From: an uncultured virus (IMG/VR IMGVR_UViG_3300014059_000009)
Lineage: Duplodnaviria; Heunggongvirae; Uroviricota; Caudoviricetes
DNA: 64,000 nucleotides
Direction: 5' to 3' (one strand)
IMG/VR virus record: IMGVR_UViG_3300014059_000009
The notes below the pieces were generated by a model. It did not search any database, had not been told where the DNA came from, and saw only the letters and a list, made by a program, of their open reading frames with translations. A program made the translations under genes and the position numbers. Shown piece by piece: positions 61,968 to 64,000 of this stretch. The stretch's first letter is position 1, and the number at the start of each line of letters is the position of its first letter.

Positions 61968-64000
61968 ATGGCAACTGTGGAAGAAGTTCTCGCCAAGGCT
62001 GATGCTTGGGAAAAGGCTGGGAAGCCGGAGAACGCCGCCAAGCTGCGCGCTTATGCAGAAACCCTGCCTAAAGCCGCCCCGAAATATGACGCGGCGACAG
62101 TCGAAGCGAAGGCGGCGGAATGGGAAAAAGCTGGCCAGCCCGAGAAGGCTGCGAAGTTGCGCGAGTTCGCGACAACGCTCCCCAAGCCAGATATGCCGAA
62201 GGTTGATCCCATCAAGGAAGGCCCGGTCGCAGTGGTCCCCGGTGCTGCACAAGCGCAGACCGAAGAACAGATGCGCGCCAGCCGGTTCGCGCAGTTCGAG
62301 GAAGCAAACCCTGCGCTGAAAGGCCGCTTCACCGTCGAGAATTTCCCCAGCGTCGGCGAAACGGTATTTTCGGGCGGCGGTGGCGGCAAGTCAGGCGGCG
62401 CGCGCTACACGGTCAAGGGCTACGTGGGAGGCGGCAAGGAAGACACCTTCGGCGACACCGCCGCCGCGATGGTGGAAGGCCCCGTCGCTGGAATGAAAGC
62501 CTTCGCTGGCGGCCTCTCTGGCGGCCCCAGCCCGTCGCGCGACTATCTCGCCAATGACCCGCTGACCAAAAACCTGCCCGGCCCGGTTCTCACCGGCCTT
62601 GGCGCCTTCGGCGACCTGGGTGGAGCGGGGCTTTCCGCTCTCGGCGCTGGCATTTCGGGGGCTATCGGTCTCGGGGCGGAACTTGTGCCGGGGCAAGGCG
62701 CAACCGACGAGCGGAAGCTTGCGGAAGACCTGACCGGAATGACGATGTTCGCGGTGCCGGAACTGGCGGGCGCGTCGTCTATCCCAGCCAGAATGGCCGC
62801 TGCGGCCCCCAAGGCCGCGCCGGTCGTGGCAAAGGCCGCGCCGAAGATGGCCGAGGACGTAGCGGCGGCTGATCGCCTCGGCATCCCCGTCATGCGCAGC
62901 GACGTGAAGCCCCCGTCAACGGCTATCGGGAAGGTGGCGCAGCGCGTCGGCGAAAGCATCCCTTTTGCCGGGACAGCTGGAATGCGGGCCAAGCAATTCA
63001 AGGCCCGCGCGGCGGCTGTTGCTGATTTCGTGCGGGAATATGTCGGAGACACGATCCTGCCCGCAATCGACAGCGTGACTTCGGCCATGCTGGAAAAGCG
63101 CAGCGCCGACCTAAAGCGTTTCGCCGGAATGAAGACTGCCGTTGTCGAGAAGTTGAAGGAAAAGGGCGCGGTCCCGGTTCCGAAGGCGACGGCGGAAATC
63201 GACAAGCAGATTGCGAACCTGAAGGCGCAACGCCTCGGCGAGTTGGACCCCGTCATCGCCAAGTTGGAGGACTTCAAGCGCAGCCTCGCGGATCAGCCAC
63301 TGGACGTGCTGGAGAAGAACCGCAAGGCCGTTGGCAGCGCTTTCGCTGATCCGGGGCTGGCGAATATTCGTGACGCGGGGGAGAAGGCCCTGTCGGCGAT
63401 TTACGGGCCTCTGCGGGACGATATTTCGGCTTTTGTGAAGTCCGCGGGTGGTGCGGATGATCTGGTGAAGTGGCAGCGGGCCAATTCGCAGCTTTCCGAC
63501 ATGGCGGGGCAACTGAAAAATGGGGCGCTGAAAAGCGTCCTGACCAAGGGCGAAGCGACGCCGGAAACCGTGCGGCAGATGCTTTTCAGCCAAAAGCCTT
63601 CGGACGTGAAGCGGCTGGCGGAAAACCTGCCCGAAAACGGCAAGGCGGCGGCGCGGACAGCCATTGTCCAGGAAGCCATCGCCAAGTCCGGCGGGATCGA
63701 GAACATCAGCGTCGAGCGGTTTGTGAACGCGCTGGAGCGGTTTAACACGCAGATCGGGGTATTTTTCAAGGGCGACGATCTGGAAGCCGCAACCGGGCTT
63801 CTGCGGGCGCTGAAACTGACGGAACATGCCAGCAAGGCCGGGGCCGCGCCGTTGACCGGGGCGCAGAACGTGCCAGCCGCGATCACGCTGATGCTGTCCA
63901 GCTTCACCGGCGGCAGCATCGTCGGGACTTCGGCTGCATTGGGCACCATTGGCACCATCGCCCGGATTTACGAAAGCACGGGCGTCAAGACCGCGCTTCG
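61968..64000 (+). CDS. Large ejection protein (gp16-like), runs off window
   Basis: SD AGGTG, ATG 61968; MATVEEVLAKADAWEKAG... hand-translated start; absent from the ORF track, consistent with no stop in the window. Confidence 0.75.
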   Translation, partial: MATVEEVLAKADAWEKAGKPENAAKLRAYAETLPKAAPKYDAATVEAKAAEWEKAGQPEKAAKLREFATTLPKPDMPKVDPIKEGPVAVVPGAAQAQTEEQMRASRFAQFEEANPALKGRFTVENFPSVGETVFSGGGGGKSGGARYTVKGYVGGGKEDTFGDTAAAMVEGPVAGMKAFAGGLSGGPSPSRDYLANDPLTKNLPGPVLTGLGAFGDLGGAGLSALGAGISGAIGLGAELVPGQGATDERKLAEDLTGMTMFAVPELAGASSIPARMAAAAPKAAPVVAKAAPKMAEDVAAADRLGIPVMRSDVKPPSTAIGKVAQRVGESIPFAGTAGMRAKQFKARAAAVADFVREYVGDTILPAIDSVTSAMLEKRSADLKRFAGMKTAVVEKLKEKGAVPVPKATAEIDKQIANLKAQRLGELDPVIAKLEDFKRSLADQPLDVLEKNRKAVGSAFADPGLANIRDAGEKALSAIYGPLRDDISAFVKSAGGADDLVKWQRANSQLSDMAGQLKNGALKSVLTKGEATPETVRQMLFSQKPSDVKRLAENLPENGKAAARTAIVQEAIAKSGGIENISVERFVNALERFNTQIGVFFKGDDLEAATGLLRALKLTEHASKAGAAPLTGAQNVPAAITLMLSSFTGGSIVGTSAALGTIGTIARIYESTGVKTAL

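Larger units (their letters stand above)
42284..64000. mobile_element. Phage genome unit B (partial), syntenic relative of A with P22-type head
   Basis: Second cro-like gene, initiator, terS/terL, portal, scaffold, coat and ejection genes in the same order as A; runs off the window. Confidence 0.9.

Noticed and set aside
63664..63675. 11/12 match of the spacer start to unit B ejection gene
   Set aside because: Seed mismatch at position 2, upstream CCA is not a typical I-E PAM, and the match does not extend; compatible with chance

Overview
High-GC DNA that reads as two related, P22-like (short-tailed) lambdoid phage genomes joined head to tail. The host is probably an alphaproteobacterium (Rhodobacteraceae-like); this is inferred from gene content. 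Unit A (1-42283) is a complete, circularly permuted genome of about 42.3 kb. It runs: early-right/replication genes, late regulator, an autonomous accessory cassette, terminase/portal/scaffold/N4-gp56-type capsid, tail and ejection proteins, lysis genes including a Tad1 anti-defence sponge, a leftward early arm, and a divergent operator region with a single cro-like gene. No integrase or cI is recognisable. Unit B (42284-64000, truncated) restarts at the same cro-like gene and is syntenic, but most modules are swapped for non-homologous ones (P22-type coat, different MTase/nuclease pair, different initiator). Bases 1-77 match 42284-42360 exactly, so the join may be a k=77 assembly chimera of two co-occurring phages. 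The most interesting element is the cassette at 6557-7972, which has acr-aca-like architecture: a promoter with a perfect palindromic operator, small ORFs and a terminal HTH gene. It carries an antisense type I-E CRISPR repeat-spacer-repeat unit with a shortened 20-nt spacer and its own putative promoter, making it a candidate RNA-based anti-CRISPR or Cascade-hijacking guide. All family calls come from motif recognition by eye; no searches were run.
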